DNA from: Trichodelitschia bisporula
Taxonomy: Eukaryota
Direction of reading: 5' to 3'
DNA length: 64,000 bases
NCBI GenBank assembly: GCA_010356995.1
Contig: ML996704.1
Span: 248,001-312,000 of the forward strand
The notes beneath the pieces were generated by a model, which was not told the origin of the DNA, searched no databases, and worked only from the letters and a program-made list of their open reading frames with translations. Shown piece by piece: positions 49,159 through 61,101 of the stretch. Each line of letters opens with the position of its first letter. Position 1 is the stretch's first letter. The position numbers and the translations under genes are program-made.

Positions 49159-51023
49159 GTGCCTCAAAGACCATGCAAGCGTACTAAATTAGTTAGCCAG
49201 GAGATGCAACAAAGTAATAAGTATTCCGAGGACGTGCACTGTCCAACTTATGGAGTATTATGAGCAAGGGGTTTTGGGAAAAGATCTTTGCTCAGACTCA
49301 GGAGAACTTTCAAGGATGGTAAGCAAGCGTATAGTAGTGGTTTTGAAACTAACAAAAGTTGCGCCCCCCTTCATTCAATTAATGACGGTCTGGCGCTATT
49401 CAATCTACAGTATGTATCCGGATTAGCTCCACAAAGTTCTAAGCACCGTTTCCAAAAAGCGCCTCGCCTGCATCCCGTCGCGTGAAGGTCTCTTGACGTC
49501 TACACGGTATGGTCAGCTACTCTACGCGAGGAAAATGTATGCAGATGGGATCTAGGCTACTAAAATAGCCTCAGGGAAGGGCAATATTTCTGCGTGATTT
49601 TATTTTATTGTTTCTCATTTGTATCAAATGAGTCCTTCGTTCTTTGGGATTATGAGGCTGTTCGTAGCTCGCGCTAAATTAAGCTCCTCCTATCCCACTA
49701 AAACTTAAAGGTGACGAATTGCCGATCTTCAAGTGGCAGGAAGCTGATACTGCGGAGTTTGATTAATATTAATTTTGCATAGTTGGAGTAGCCTTAACCA
49801 GACGTATCGTTGCGACCATTGCTGTCTTTTACTTAAATATACAGGTTGTGCTCATAACGAGTTCCAGTCGATTAGGTTGGGGGGTGGGTGCTCAGCACGC
49901 GAATTGGGGCTTTATACTTCGATCTTCAGCGTCTGGGGTTTATGAGAATTATCTATGGCTCCCTTAGAGCTTTTGAGGAGCGCTCCGTCCCGCTAGTCTT
50001 GCCGCTTTACTGTATCGTAGAAAATTAAATCTTAACGCGGTACCCACCTTGGGCGCCAGCCTTGCATATGAGATTTTCCTCGGAAGTCCGCTATCTCATA
50101 CCTGGTTGTACCTCCAGAGGACCCTTATCCGTAGTCTTGTTCAATTTATAATAAAAGGGTATGAGAGCCAATTCCAAATGCATAATCTTGTGTTTTAGAA
50201 CCTGCTCCGTTAACGATCCGGCCATTCGTCCTGCATATGTTTTGGCCTTGGAACTGCTGTAACGGATATTGCCTGGAAAGTTGGAATAGTTTATTTACTT
50301 ATGTTTCCTTTGCCTCGGCTCCGACCGACAATGCTTTTCCTTCCTGTATGCCTTCCTTGTGACTAAGATTGACCTTACCTGTATCTCTGACTTTCTCCTA
50401 ATATTCCGAATGCGGAGAGTATGTTAGGCAACGTTGTCAGTCTTTCTATATAAATAATTGGAGATTTTGAACTCCTAGAATTTTCTGGCGCGCAATAGTT
50501 ATGGAGCCTGGGCGTCCTCTTTAAGCTGCGCGAACTTTTGTAATAGACACTTAATACGGCTCAAGTAGCTAAAACAACTACTCTTAGAGTAAGTGGTGCT
50601 GTTGTCTAGAACAGCTCACATATGAGTCCTTAGTGCTCGACGTATTTCTGCCCCGTGATCCAATCAGAACTCCTCTCCTCCAATCGATACTTGACTGGAC
50701 GTAGTCGTACTATCAATCAAGAACCACGGCGCAGCCAAACTGCAGCTCCTTTGTAACCTACTCACAACCGCTAGGCAAGGCCTCTTTACTTCGTAAGTTT
50801 GAGGTACCGCTGCAAAATAACCACGGGAGCCGCCTTTCCCCCGTAGCAAAATTCAGTCGGCAGTATCCCACTGATCAGCAGTTTGTTAAAATTCATTACC
50901 GGTAAATATTAGATAACCCTGGTCTAAGTGCTTTGTCTATCAGGATTGGGTGCGCCCTGGAAAACCTGAGAAGTATATCTTGAGGTCACAACTTCAAGTC
51001 GCAAAGCACTCACGCCACGCAAG

Positions 51024-51221
51024 TATCCTTTGTATGGCCCTGGTACTGGCCCAGGGATATGCCCAGGTACTCGTCACTTTGGTCCTCGTCATCATAGACC
51101 AACCCAAGAGCTGGAATTCAGTTCTGTAAAAAGAATCTTCTTCTGTAATAAATCTTAGCTCTTCAACTCGTCTATGATAGCGGATAACCAGGCGACGTGT
51201 ACCTGCGCCGTATAAGGGATA
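51024..51221. mobile_element. Foldback MITE copy
   Basis: TAtcctttgtatggccctggtactggcccagg...gtacctgcgccgtataagggaTA; shares the internal agagctg-aattcagttctgtaa / aaatcttagctct core. Confidence 0.85.
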
Positions 51222-52942
51222 TTGAGATGGTACAAAGTGCCATAGAGCCTCCTTGACATTTTAATCAGCTTGACACTTCATTTGAGTTGACGCATATTCC
51301 AGAGAATTTTCTACCCAAGGATAAAGTTGTGGGACTTTTCTGACTTGTACTGGGGTGTCTTTTCTCAATCCCCGCGTCTGAGTAACTGATTTGGAGAAGG
51401 GTGTACATACGGGTTGGATAAAAAAAACCTTCGAGCGCGTTCATCCCATACTGCGGTGGTTCTCGCTGGGGTCCGTGTAAATGCCGGACCAATGAAAGAG
51501 CCGGGTGTTCTTACAGAAAGGCTGTGTGAAAAAAGACGATACTCTCTTATTGGTCCGCTAACATCGAGAACCCCAGCCATGGCGCCAGCAAGCACGCCCG
51601 CATTACAAGGGATGGCTCTTCCTCTCCGCCATTCAGATGTCAGAACTTTGAGGCTGAACATACCCAATAATGCCTCCCTGGCGCCTGATCTTTGGAAACT
51701 TTGGAGTAGCAGTGAAACCTCCCATAGGGAGCATTGGACTAAAGAAGATTATTAAAGTTACCCCTCCTGCGCAGCTGGTGCAAGTGATACTTCATTTTCG
51801 CCCCTTTCAAGGATGTGTAATGCGCTCAAAGTCGATGGTTGACGTTCACCCCATAGGAGTGTAATTATTATCATCTTACCTCCCCCGCTAAATTTTAAGA
51901 AAAATATAGTAGCCCATCATTTACGACACCGGCTGGTTTCTGGCTCGTGAAGCAAGTTTTGCCAGAGGCTTCTAGTTGGGCACCATCTTGCCAGATTGGA
52001 TGAAACCGCTCCCGCACCTGGCCCCCAAAATTCTGGTTGGTCCGTGCTTTTATCCCTGCATGTCTGTGTTGCTGCAGAAATCTCCCTGCACCCCCCCCCC
52101 CCCTGCTTCTGTGTAAACGGCGGACTCCCTCCAACCTTAGACAAGGTTGCAGTCGTGATAAGTTCTTGGGAGCAGATGCTTTCAGTTGATATGCATGTGG
52201 TTTATGTCCCTTCAAAGATACCAAGAACCTAGCACTTCATTTAGGTCCATATGCACCCATAGAAATTTTGTTTGCAACGGCAAGCTTTGAATTCATTTGA
52301 TCTGGTTATTGACCGGTATTTCCTTGAAGTTGTGCCTTCTAATTGGCATGGTTGGGGGTGCTCATGTAAGTGTATTTCTTACAATTTGGGAGTGTGCCCA
52401 TAGTGGCTCACTGTATGTAGAATGTATATCATATTCTTGTGGTGTATGGTAGGTTCCGCAACAATGCGCTACAGCTTGACAGAGTGCCCACAGTTGCACA
52501 GCCATATCCCGGAATGCTAACCTGGTGGAGAATCGGTACTCATAATTGAAGTGATAAACGCCAGTTTGGGAATCCCAATCTAATCAACATAAGCTCAGTT
52601 GTCCTTCCCATGTAAGCAGCTCCTTGAAATCTCTGCTGCGCTTCCACGTTCTTTTTAGCAACATCATGTTCCTCATCGCCTTTGAAAGCTTCTCCTGATC
52701 AGACAAGAGTGTGGAACTGTTTGATTTCTGAGAAGGTTACAATCCCTTGCCCAGGTAAACTCGCTCTGCAAGATGTCGTCGCCTGAACAACCTCAATAGG
52801 CGGTCGTGGTTGCTCAAAACAATTATATCCCGGTACACGCCTTCAGCAGTCCGGCCTTATACATCTCCATGCACGTTCAGTCAAAATGCTGTATCCCTTG
52901 AACCCGTTCATCCGCATGAGCTGTTCCGTTATGATTCAAGAC

Positions 52943-54996
52943 TCACGAGCTGCAGCTGCACTGCATGCCAGCCTTATATGCCGGGATATCTCCACAGAAG
53001 CGCTCCTCTGTCTCACGATCCCATCCCCACTCTTCGTTGAAGGGTGCAAGAGCCATTCTCATGACGCCGTCTAAAATGTCCCGTTCGCTCTTCTTCTCCA
53101 CTCGCTCGATTATTTCATCCAGGATCCAACCCTTGGGGATAAACTATACATGTTAGCACTCTCGAGTACGGGAGATACAATGTTCTCGCCTACCTTCGGG
53201 TTGACACTGTTCATGGCTTCGCGCCGGGCGTCTTCAGGACCAGTCCCCCAGTCCTCCACAACCCGACGGCTCCACTTCTCGAGCCACTGCGCCACCCGCG
53301 CGCGGGCGACGTCGTCGTCTCGCTCAAGTACGCCGTTCTTACCGAACAGTGTGCTGGCGGCCTGCCGCCGAGCTTCCTCGTCACCGGTGAGACGCTCCAC
53401 ATGAAGCGCCCCAAGCCTCCGGAAGGACTGGTTAAAGTCCAGTTGATGGGCCTCCATCAAGTCCAGGAACTCCGAGTACAATTCGTTAAAGTCGCTTTCC
53501 TTGAATTTTTTGAGGCCCAGTCGGGCTGTCATGGCTCGCCGGTATTCCTCCATGAAGACGGCCTTGTATTCTTCCCCAGCCGCGGCAATGAGGGTTTCTG
53601 CGCGCTCGACGAGCTCGTCGACCCACACCTTCTCAACACCTTGGGTGGCAAACACCTCCTCATCCACTCGGTCCCCCGCACCAATAAGCTCTCCAAACGC
53701 CTCACCCAGACGAACTAGATTCCACCATATGATTGTGGGCTGGTTGCGGTAGCTGTAGCGGCCGAGGTGGTCATCGTGGTTGGGCGTATAGGAGGGGTCG
53801 AATACATCGATAAACGCAAACGGACCAAAGTCCATGCTTAAACCGAAGATTGATGTGTTGTCGGTGTTGAGGACGCCATTGGTGAAACCGTAGGCCTGCC
53901 ACAAGGCCACGGTGCGGGCGTTACGGCGCACGATTTCGCGGTACAGACGCGCATACCGGTTCTCCGCATACTTCCCACTGCCCTGGGTCTCGAGCTTAGG
54001 CACACCGGTTTCCAGGTCCATAAACTGCTGGCTATCAACGCTATTGGAAGACATTGTAGGCACGCTGCGCATCGATTGTGTATGGGGAGCCGCTTCCAGG
54101 ACGTCCTTGCCGGGCTTGACATCAGAAGAGAGCTTCGCTGGCAGCTGCTCCCAGCCACCAAAGACGTGCTCCGCAACATAGTCAGCCAGCTGGCGAAGCA
54201 ACTTCCGATCGCCGCGGGTCCGGAGGAGGTCAAAGGTCCCGATTCGCAGCCACGACTCAGCAAACCGGCAAACTATAGCACCTGGTTCTATGCGTTCCCG
54301 CTGGACTTTGGAGTGAGGTGTCAGAACTAGCGATAAAGCGCGTGATGTCGGGATGCGGAGTGCATTCAATGCTTCCGATACTATGAACTCCCGGATACTG
54401 GAGCGGAGGACGGCCTTTCCGTCGGCAAACCGCGAATATGGTGTCTTTCCCGCACCCTTAAGCTGAACTTCATAGCGTTTGTTTGTCTGGGGGTTCGTAG
54501 TCTCAAATAGCGAGAGAGCGCGGCCATCGCCTAGCTGGCCGGCCCACTGTCCGAACTGGTAGCCACCGTAACACTGTGCCCAGGGGTATATCCCTTCTCC
54601 CGTCTTCTCGTCCCAGGCGATTATCTCGTTGCCAGCCATGGTTTGCAGGAACTCTTCTTTATCCGCCCCAGGCCGCAGCCCGAGATCGTGCATGGCCGCA
54701 GCGCTCACGGCGAGAAGCTCGGGAGACAGGACGTTCTCTGGTCGTACGTATGTGAACAGGGCGCCTTTGACGAGGCGAGGGCCGAGGTCCTCGCGCGGGG
54801 CATTGTGCGAGTCTTGAGGGGTAGGATATGCGGGGTCGGGAGGGAGATTGGCGGTAAAGACATTCGATTTGGGGAGATCTCTGATGCTGAAGCCGGATTG
54901 CGCCATCTGGGACTGGCTGGTGCTCATATGGGCGGCGATTTGTTGAAGTCGCATTGAATGCCTGGTCGATAGCCGGCGAAGGAATGGGGTAAGCAT
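52943..54996 (-). CDS. FMP40: Selenoprotein O-like protein adenylyltransferase (Cys form), mitochondrial
   Basis: YGGYQFGQWAGQLGDGRA, QLKGAGKTPYSRFADGKAVLRSSIREF, GFTNGVLNTDN, DFGPF, GRYSYRNQP, MNSVNPK. Intron ~53145-53193; last exon FIPKGWILDEII...MQCSCSS*. Confidence 0.94.
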
Positions 54997-55314
54997 GCAG
55001 CTGAGGAAGGGAAGGGAGAGGGGAACGAAGAAAGAGGGTGAGATAAATGGCGAGCTGTTAAAGAGGCAAAGGAAGTTACCCGTGGCAAAGGTATCGGGGG
55101 CTGATGTCATCAGGGCGGGCTGTTATCGATAAGCTTCTGACGAAAGCCCTATGGACAATCTTGGTAAGCGGGCGTGTAGGCTTCGAAGATCATCACTGAG
55201 CCTACTGGCCCAATACACCCTTGCATCTACACAGTTACCGTACTGCCTCGCGCCTTGCCATTACCGTCACGTAATCCACACAACGCTATTCACCGCACAA
55301 CCTCACGAGAAATC

Positions 55315-56776
55315 ATGGAGAGGAGGCAAATCCCCGGCTTCTACTATGGTATGTCTTCAGAAACAAGAAATCCGCGAGTTTCGCTAACAGTCACAGACGA
55401 ATCTCGGAACAAATACTTCAAGATCACCGCCGACCATCTCGCAACGAGCTCGGATGTATACACTCGTAGCTTTGTCGAAAAGACTGCAGAAGACAAGGCG
55501 AGTCGTTGCCATACCCCGCCCGATTTCCTGAAGCTAATGCGTCCAGAAACGTTCAGAACATGAAGCCCGGCGGAAGCGTGCGAGGTTGCAGCTCGTCACC
55601 CGAAGCAAGGTCCTGAAGAACCCCTTCGCTGCTGAGGCAGGCCTTCTGCGCGAAATCCACGTCTCCGCTCGCATTGACTGCGTCCACACCTGGGGAAAGG
55701 CATGCGCCCGTGGCTTTCGGAAGGAGTATGATTTTGTGTATCCTAGGCGAAGTCCCTCCAGACGGGCTCCTCAGGTCGACTGCATAGAGTATGATACTGC
55801 CACAGACAACTTGATTATGGCATTCACCGACCGGAGGAGACACTGGTTGACAGATTACTACATTCAATCAGGACCTAAAGTCAACCGTGTTCGTCCGTCG
55901 CCTGATGACGGTCGTACGGACTCTTTATTCCCCTCACAGTTATCGTCTCTGACGCTGACGCGTGACCGGATGCTGGTCGCCACAACAATAGGAGACGCAA
56001 TGCCGCCCAGTATCTACCTGTGCCGACTGAAAGAGCAGAACACCACCGACGCCACTCAGCGTCTAACAGACCACGATGTGTGGGAGCAGCTCCAGTCGCC
56101 AATGTTAGGCACAACGGTCTGGACATCACGAGCAAATCCTGAACGTGCTGAATTTGCCATTGGGTCGTCTCGCGGCTTCGGCATCGGAACAGTAGAGACC
56201 TCCGGGTTACATTTCGTCCAAACCCAGTCTGATGCTCAGTCCTTGGACTGGTTGAATGCCCACGTACTGGCTGTCGGCCATCGCAACGGTGCCGTTAAAC
56301 TTTATGATACCCGCAGTAAGGGGAAAGTGAGCCGCTTGCGCCTTCCAGGACCAGTGACGAGCCTGCGCGGAACCGGCAACGAGACGAAGCTGGTGGCTTG
56401 CTGGAACCAGGGCTCGATGGACATGTACGACCTGCGCACCGCATCGCTTCCCGTGAAAAGGAAGCCACCCACGGAGCCGGTCTTGGAATTCGACAGTGAA
56501 GATCCGGTCAGCGGAAGAGATCAGATCGACATCAAGGCGGAGCTAGGGCTGGTTGTGGCTGCGAAGACCGACGGCATTGACATCTACTCGCTTCGCAACG
56601 GTGAAAGGCTCCGCAGGCTAGTCGTTCCCACGCAGTCTTCGCCCGAGGACGATCCAGCAACCATCAATCCGGCAACAGTCAATTCAGCAATCGGCGTGAA
56701 ACTAATAGAGGATAAACGAGGATGTGTGCGGCTATTGGCGAGCAGAGACAATGCTATCGCCGACTTCCGCTGGTAG
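55315..56776 (+). CDS. WD40 protein, DCAF4/WDR21-like CUL4-DDB1 substrate receptor
   Basis: N-terminal IPGFYYDESRNKYFKI, WD-type GHRNGAVKLYDTR and MYDLR (DxR) motifs. Introns 55349-55396 and GC-AG 55498-55546. Confidence 0.75.
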
Positions 56777-57275
56777 GACATGTTCCCTTGGGCACACTTT
56801 CCGGTGAACACATTGGGAGGAATTATGCATGTATGACTAGATGGATGTATTGGCGAAGAATGGAAAGAGTCATCGCAATGCTACCACCAAGGTCTTTGTC
56901 ATATGGATGTGGCTACAATGTACGGAGTAGAAGTAAGCAATCTGGTGGGAGTCCGGCGATACTAGTCCGGCATGTCCAGTAGCAGTCAAGCGCAATGCAA
57001 GATAGACGAATAATGACTCAATGCACAGCCCTTGCCCAGGTGTGGCGGAGGCGGGGTCGTAATGCGCCGCAGCGGGGCTGCCAAGGCTCAAGTGTCCCCG
57101 CTGCGCCTTTCTGCCCTTCGAAAGAATATCAAGAGGAACTTCCAGCGCCGTCAAACTCTCATCACAGCACTTTCATCCCCGCACCCGTAGCATCAGCTAC
57201 CCTCCCCCTCCCAAAGCTCTAAACCTTCAACTCAAACTCAAACTCCAACAACCTCCTCCAAAACATCTCCTCAAC

Positions 57276-58069
57276 ATGGCGGTACGCGCTCAGTTTGAAA
57301 ATTCCAACGAGTTAGCCATCCTGCTCCCTCCGCCACCTGAAATGCGAAAGCTAACCAGCGCAGAGTCGGTGTCTTCGCAACTCTCACCAACTCATACGCA
57401 CTTGTGGCTGTGGGCGCGTCGGAGAACTTCTACAGCGTCTTCGAGTCCGAGCTTCAGGACGTCATTCCAATCTGCCACGCCACCATCGCAGGCACGCGCA
57501 TAGTCGGCCGCCTCACCGCCGGCAACCGCAAAGGGCTTCTTGTGCCCACGTCAACCACGGACCAGGAGCTGCAGCATCTGAGAAACAGCTTACCTGACGC
57601 TGTTCGCATCCAGAGAATAGAGGAGCGGCTGTCGGCCCTGGGGAACGTAATCTGCGCAAACGACCACGTCGCCCTTGTGCACCCAGACCTGGAGCGCGAG
57701 ACAGAGGAGATAATAGCCGATGTCATGGGTGTCGAGGTGTTCCGTCAGACCGTCGCGGATAACGTCCTCGTCGGCTCTTACATGTCACTGTCCAACGCCG
57801 GCGGCATCGTGCACCCAAAGACCAGCATCCAAGACCAAGATGAGCTGAGTTCGCTGTTGCAGGTGCCGCTTGTCGCAGGTTCTGTCAATCGGGGAAGTCC
57901 TGTCGTGGGCGCGGGGATGGTGGTCAACGACTGGATGGCTGTTACGGGCCTGGATACAACCGCAACCGAGCTCAGCGTGGTTGAGAGCGTGTTCAGACTA
58001 GGCGAGAACCAAGGCCCAGGTGCCATCAATACGACGAACAAGGATGCCATGGTAGAGAGCTTCTATTAA
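57276..58069 (+). CDS. TIF6: Translation initiation factor eIF6
   Basis: [63 protein letters not shown]. Intron 57311-57363. Confidence 0.97.
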
Positions 58070-58262
58070 ACGGGAATCGGGCGCGGGCAGGAAAGGAGGA
58101 ATATGCATCACTACGTTGCTACCTGTGCTGGTATCCGCCGGAAGATTGGTGTCGGAACTGCCAGGTAAGAGTGGTATGTTTAATACCTGCATCTGTAGTG
58201 AACCTTGTCTTGCATCACACGGACAAGCCTTATCAATAGAGCACGTTCTCGTTGCCCACACC

Positions 58263-59603
58263 TTACTTCTTTACCTTGGGAGTGACTGCCGGTGTCCATC
58301 TGGCTTTGGCCTCTTTACGTTTCCCATGGCCATCAAATACTGCGCCCACTGGACTTTTCTGTCTCAGGGGCGTCCCAATCTCCCCAAGCAGCCGCTGAGC
58401 AGCTGGCGTCAAGGAGCCTGGTTTCTTCTTGGCGCCGCTGAGGAATCTTGGTATCGGGGACCGCGCATCTTCGACAGGTCTTGTACTTTGCTTGTGTTTG
58501 TCCACTAGCCGGTGATGAAGGGCTTCTCGCGTGCTGACTTCGTTGATCTTAAAGGGGCTTGGCGACGCATCAGCCGCAATCTGGGAGAGCAGTGAACTCG
58601 GATCATAGCCGTGCTTGGCCGCCAATTCCGCCGATGTAGGCTCAGCATCGACAAAGGCGTACCCCGCGACGCGTGGCGTCTCAGAGCCTATGTAACCAGC
58701 CTCCGAATGCGTAGGCCGGGGCCGTCCGGCAATGGCAGCGTCAATGGCAGACATGGATGGAGATGGGGGGATAGGAGGCTCGACTGGGGCAGCTATCGGC
58801 ATACGAGTGTTGTCATGGAGAACGGCCTTCGGTGGCGCATTTGATCTGGCTTCGGCGGCTTGAGAAACTGTGACCTGCGAGTCCTCGATGGAGTCGGGAA
58901 TGAACATGAGCGCGTTTCGGGGTGCCGAGACTTTATGCTCAGGCATCGCCGGCCGAGTGTCCTCATACACTTGGAGCTGAGATTCCGCCCTGGAAGCCTC
59001 CAGCTTGGCTTGTCGCTCTCGATAGGCAATCTGCCGCGGTGCAAGGATCTTGTTTTCATTCCATGCCCACGCATAGTTTTCTGCACGCTTGTTGTTTTGC
59101 TTATCGAGCAGAGCGTTGAACGATTCATTGTCCTCTGAGGTGTACTTTGCCTGGAATGCTGAGAGGCTCAAGCTGAGGTCCACGTGCTGTGCCTTTTCCG
59201 GCTCTTCAACCGACTCCGCAACGGTTCTGGGGGTATCTGCGGTCCAATCCCGGGGTGTAGCATGCGCGGCTGCCATCATAGGAGCCATACTGGTGCCTCG
59301 TCGACCTCTATATCTTCGCCCGTCGGGACCTGGTGTCATCGCCTGTGTGAGAGTCTGGCCCGCCTCAGCGATCCACGCGCCATCTTTTGATTCTAGAGCA
59401 TCCAGGTACTCCTGTTGAGCTTCGGTCTCTTGCAGCCCTGGGAAAAAGTCTCGAGCGATTATGTGCGACAGCGCTTTGGTGTAGGTATCTTCATCGAGAA
59501 CTGTGCTTGGTCGTTTGATGCGCTTGGGCGGCGGCGGCGGCCCCATCAGGGCTACATCGGCGGAGCGCTTCACAAGCGCTTGTGGTGGCTGCTGATCTGA
59601 CAT
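58263..59603 (-). CDS. ESS2/DGCR14 (Es2) spliceosome-associated protein
   Basis: VLDEDTYTKALSHIIARDFFPGL, LSLSAFQAKYTSEDNESF, RNALMF, TPRVAGYAFV, LTPAAQRLL. Confidence 0.92.
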   Translation of the reverse strand: MSDQQPPQALVKRSADVALMGPPPPPKRIKRPSTVLDEDTYTKALSHIIARDFFPGLQETEAQQEYLDALESKDGAWIAEAGQTLTQAMTPGPDGRRYRGRRGTSMAPMMAAAHATPRDWTADTPRTVAESVEEPEKAQHVDLSLSLSAFQAKYTSEDNESFNALLDKQNNKRAENYAWAWNENKILAPRQIAYRERQAKLEASRAESQLQVYEDTRPAMPEHKVSAPRNALMFIPDSIEDSQVTVSQAAEARSNAPPKAVLHDNTRMPIAAPVEPPIPPSPSMSAIDAAIAGRPRPTHSEAGYIGSETPRVAGYAFVDAEPTSAELAAKHGYDPSSLLSQIAADASPSPFKINEVSTREALHHRLVDKHKQSTRPVEDARSPIPRFLSGAKKKPGSLTPAAQRLLGEIGTPLRQKSPVGAVFDGHGKRKEAKARWTPAVTPKVKK

Positions 59604-59898
59604 TTCGAATTCGAGGAAAGCATGGAGTGGATCTTGAGGTGGCTGTAAACTGTAATCGTTGTGACGTTTGAGTTATGGGGTCGTGGTGGAGGTGTCGTGG
59701 GGTGTACGTAGTACGGAGTATGTTGCACGGCTGCTGTCAGCCCAGGCTCCAAAGGCCTCGCATTTCTGCCACCTCCGACCGCCTTTGAAGCCCTCCGCAG
59801 CCACCCGCAACTTATTCTGAGGCAAGGCTGCATCAAGCCCACATCAACCTACGGTTGCAAAGGCTCATCGTCAAATGTTGCACCCCAAACCTCCAGAC

Positions 59899-60294
59899 AT
59901 GCCAGCTGTTTGCAGGCGACCAAACGCTTCATACGTTCAGTTTACAACCTCCCTCCGCCGCCCCCAATGGTCCTACTTCCACCTGTCACTTATCACTGCT
60001 TCGACCGCCGCCCAAGCAACAGTTGCCCTTGATGCTATAACAGTACGGCAGCATGTCACGGCCGCACTCTCCCGTTTCTTGGGTCTCCACGGTACTGCCA
60101 TCGTGTTCGATATCCTGCAAGTTCATGAGGCAGAGCTGTTTGTGCGAGTACCACGAGAAGATGCTGTACCTTTCCACGAAGCTATCACATCCTGGTTAGG
60201 GGCCGGTGGGACCTGTCGATGGACAACAAGGGAAAGGAGCAACTGGCTCGTCTGTATCGGCAGCGGAGATGGGCAGGACTTGTTCCAGCGGTAA
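59899..60294 (+). CDS. POP8: RNase P/MRP subunit Pop8-like protein
   Basis: WSYFHLSL...LDAITVRQHVTAALSRFLGLHGTAIVFDIL...VRVPRED; ~131 aa. Confidence 0.75.
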   Translation: MPAVCRRPNASYVQFTTSLRRPQWSYFHLSLITASTAAQATVALDAITVRQHVTAALSRFLGLHGTAIVFDILQVHEAELFVRVPREDAVPFHEAITSWLGAGGTCRWTTRERSNWLVCIGSGDGQDLFQR

Positions 60295-61101
60295 ACAGGT
60301 CAACATGTTTGGTGCGCTCCCAGTTGTACCTCTGCTGCTCTTTTAATCTCTAACGGAGACAGATGCGGTGATCATGCAGCCCACATCACCTACAAATGTA
60401 TTGCTGGTACGGCCAATCTTGTTGGTGACGTCCCTCACTACTATCCGGAGTGAGTACGCAGACCGATGCCCCTTTACGCGGCCGGGAAGCGGACGCCCAG
60501 TTATCTCAACAGGAGCTACTGATAGGGAACATATATGGCTATACTGCCTCCTACGTGGAGGCTCGACAAATTCGAGGAAATCGGCGAGATTGCCTGTTTG
60601 TAAGCCCGTCAAATCTGCTCTGATTCGGACAGCAGCGCGTCGGAGTCACTTCGTTCAGGCTCAAAGCTGCCTGAGAGCCACCCGTGCCATCAACACAGCT
60701 CCATGTGCGAACGAATTGATCTTAGAATAGAATTTAGTTCTAGACTACATCGGCATGAGTATCTCGCTCGGCGAATATCGATGGTATCGACGCATTGTCG
60801 TGCAAGCTGGTCCTGATGAGATCCTCATCCATTGCCGTTACTTGGAATTGAATTCCGCCACAAATATGAACAGCAACTGCCTATAAACTGACGACATGAA
60901 TGGGCTTGTCTCTCAGCAGTCGACACCTGATTTCAAACCCCGTTTGCGCGCGGGGACGCCCGTCGATAGAAATATCACGTGATGGCGCATCCAGCTCCGG
61001 TCCGTCGCGTTCTCGCGTCTGTGGATGCTTGACAGGGCAACGTCATGAGAAAGTATTGTCGCGCGTCTCTCTAATTGCAACCACAAAACACTGAACGCAC
61101 C

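Noticed and set aside
49470..49520. GACCATACCGTGTA (minus strand; similar at ~48165) resembling a 5S rRNA start
   Set aside because: Similarity stops after about 12 nt and the internal conserved 5S motifs are absent.
44257..51221. Repeats considered as a CRISPR array or tRNA/SINE
   Set aside because: Eukaryotic context, irregular kb-scale spacing, terminal inverted repeats with TA flanks, and no cloverleaf or A/B boxes.
51414..52000. Fragments vaguely like HET-domain protein C-termini (WTKEDY, SSWAPS)
   Set aside because: Motifs are too short and interrupted to support a call without a search.
60343..60900. Short ORFs between POP8 and ORC5, and at 62657-63580
   Set aside because: No recognisable motifs or coherent splice structure.
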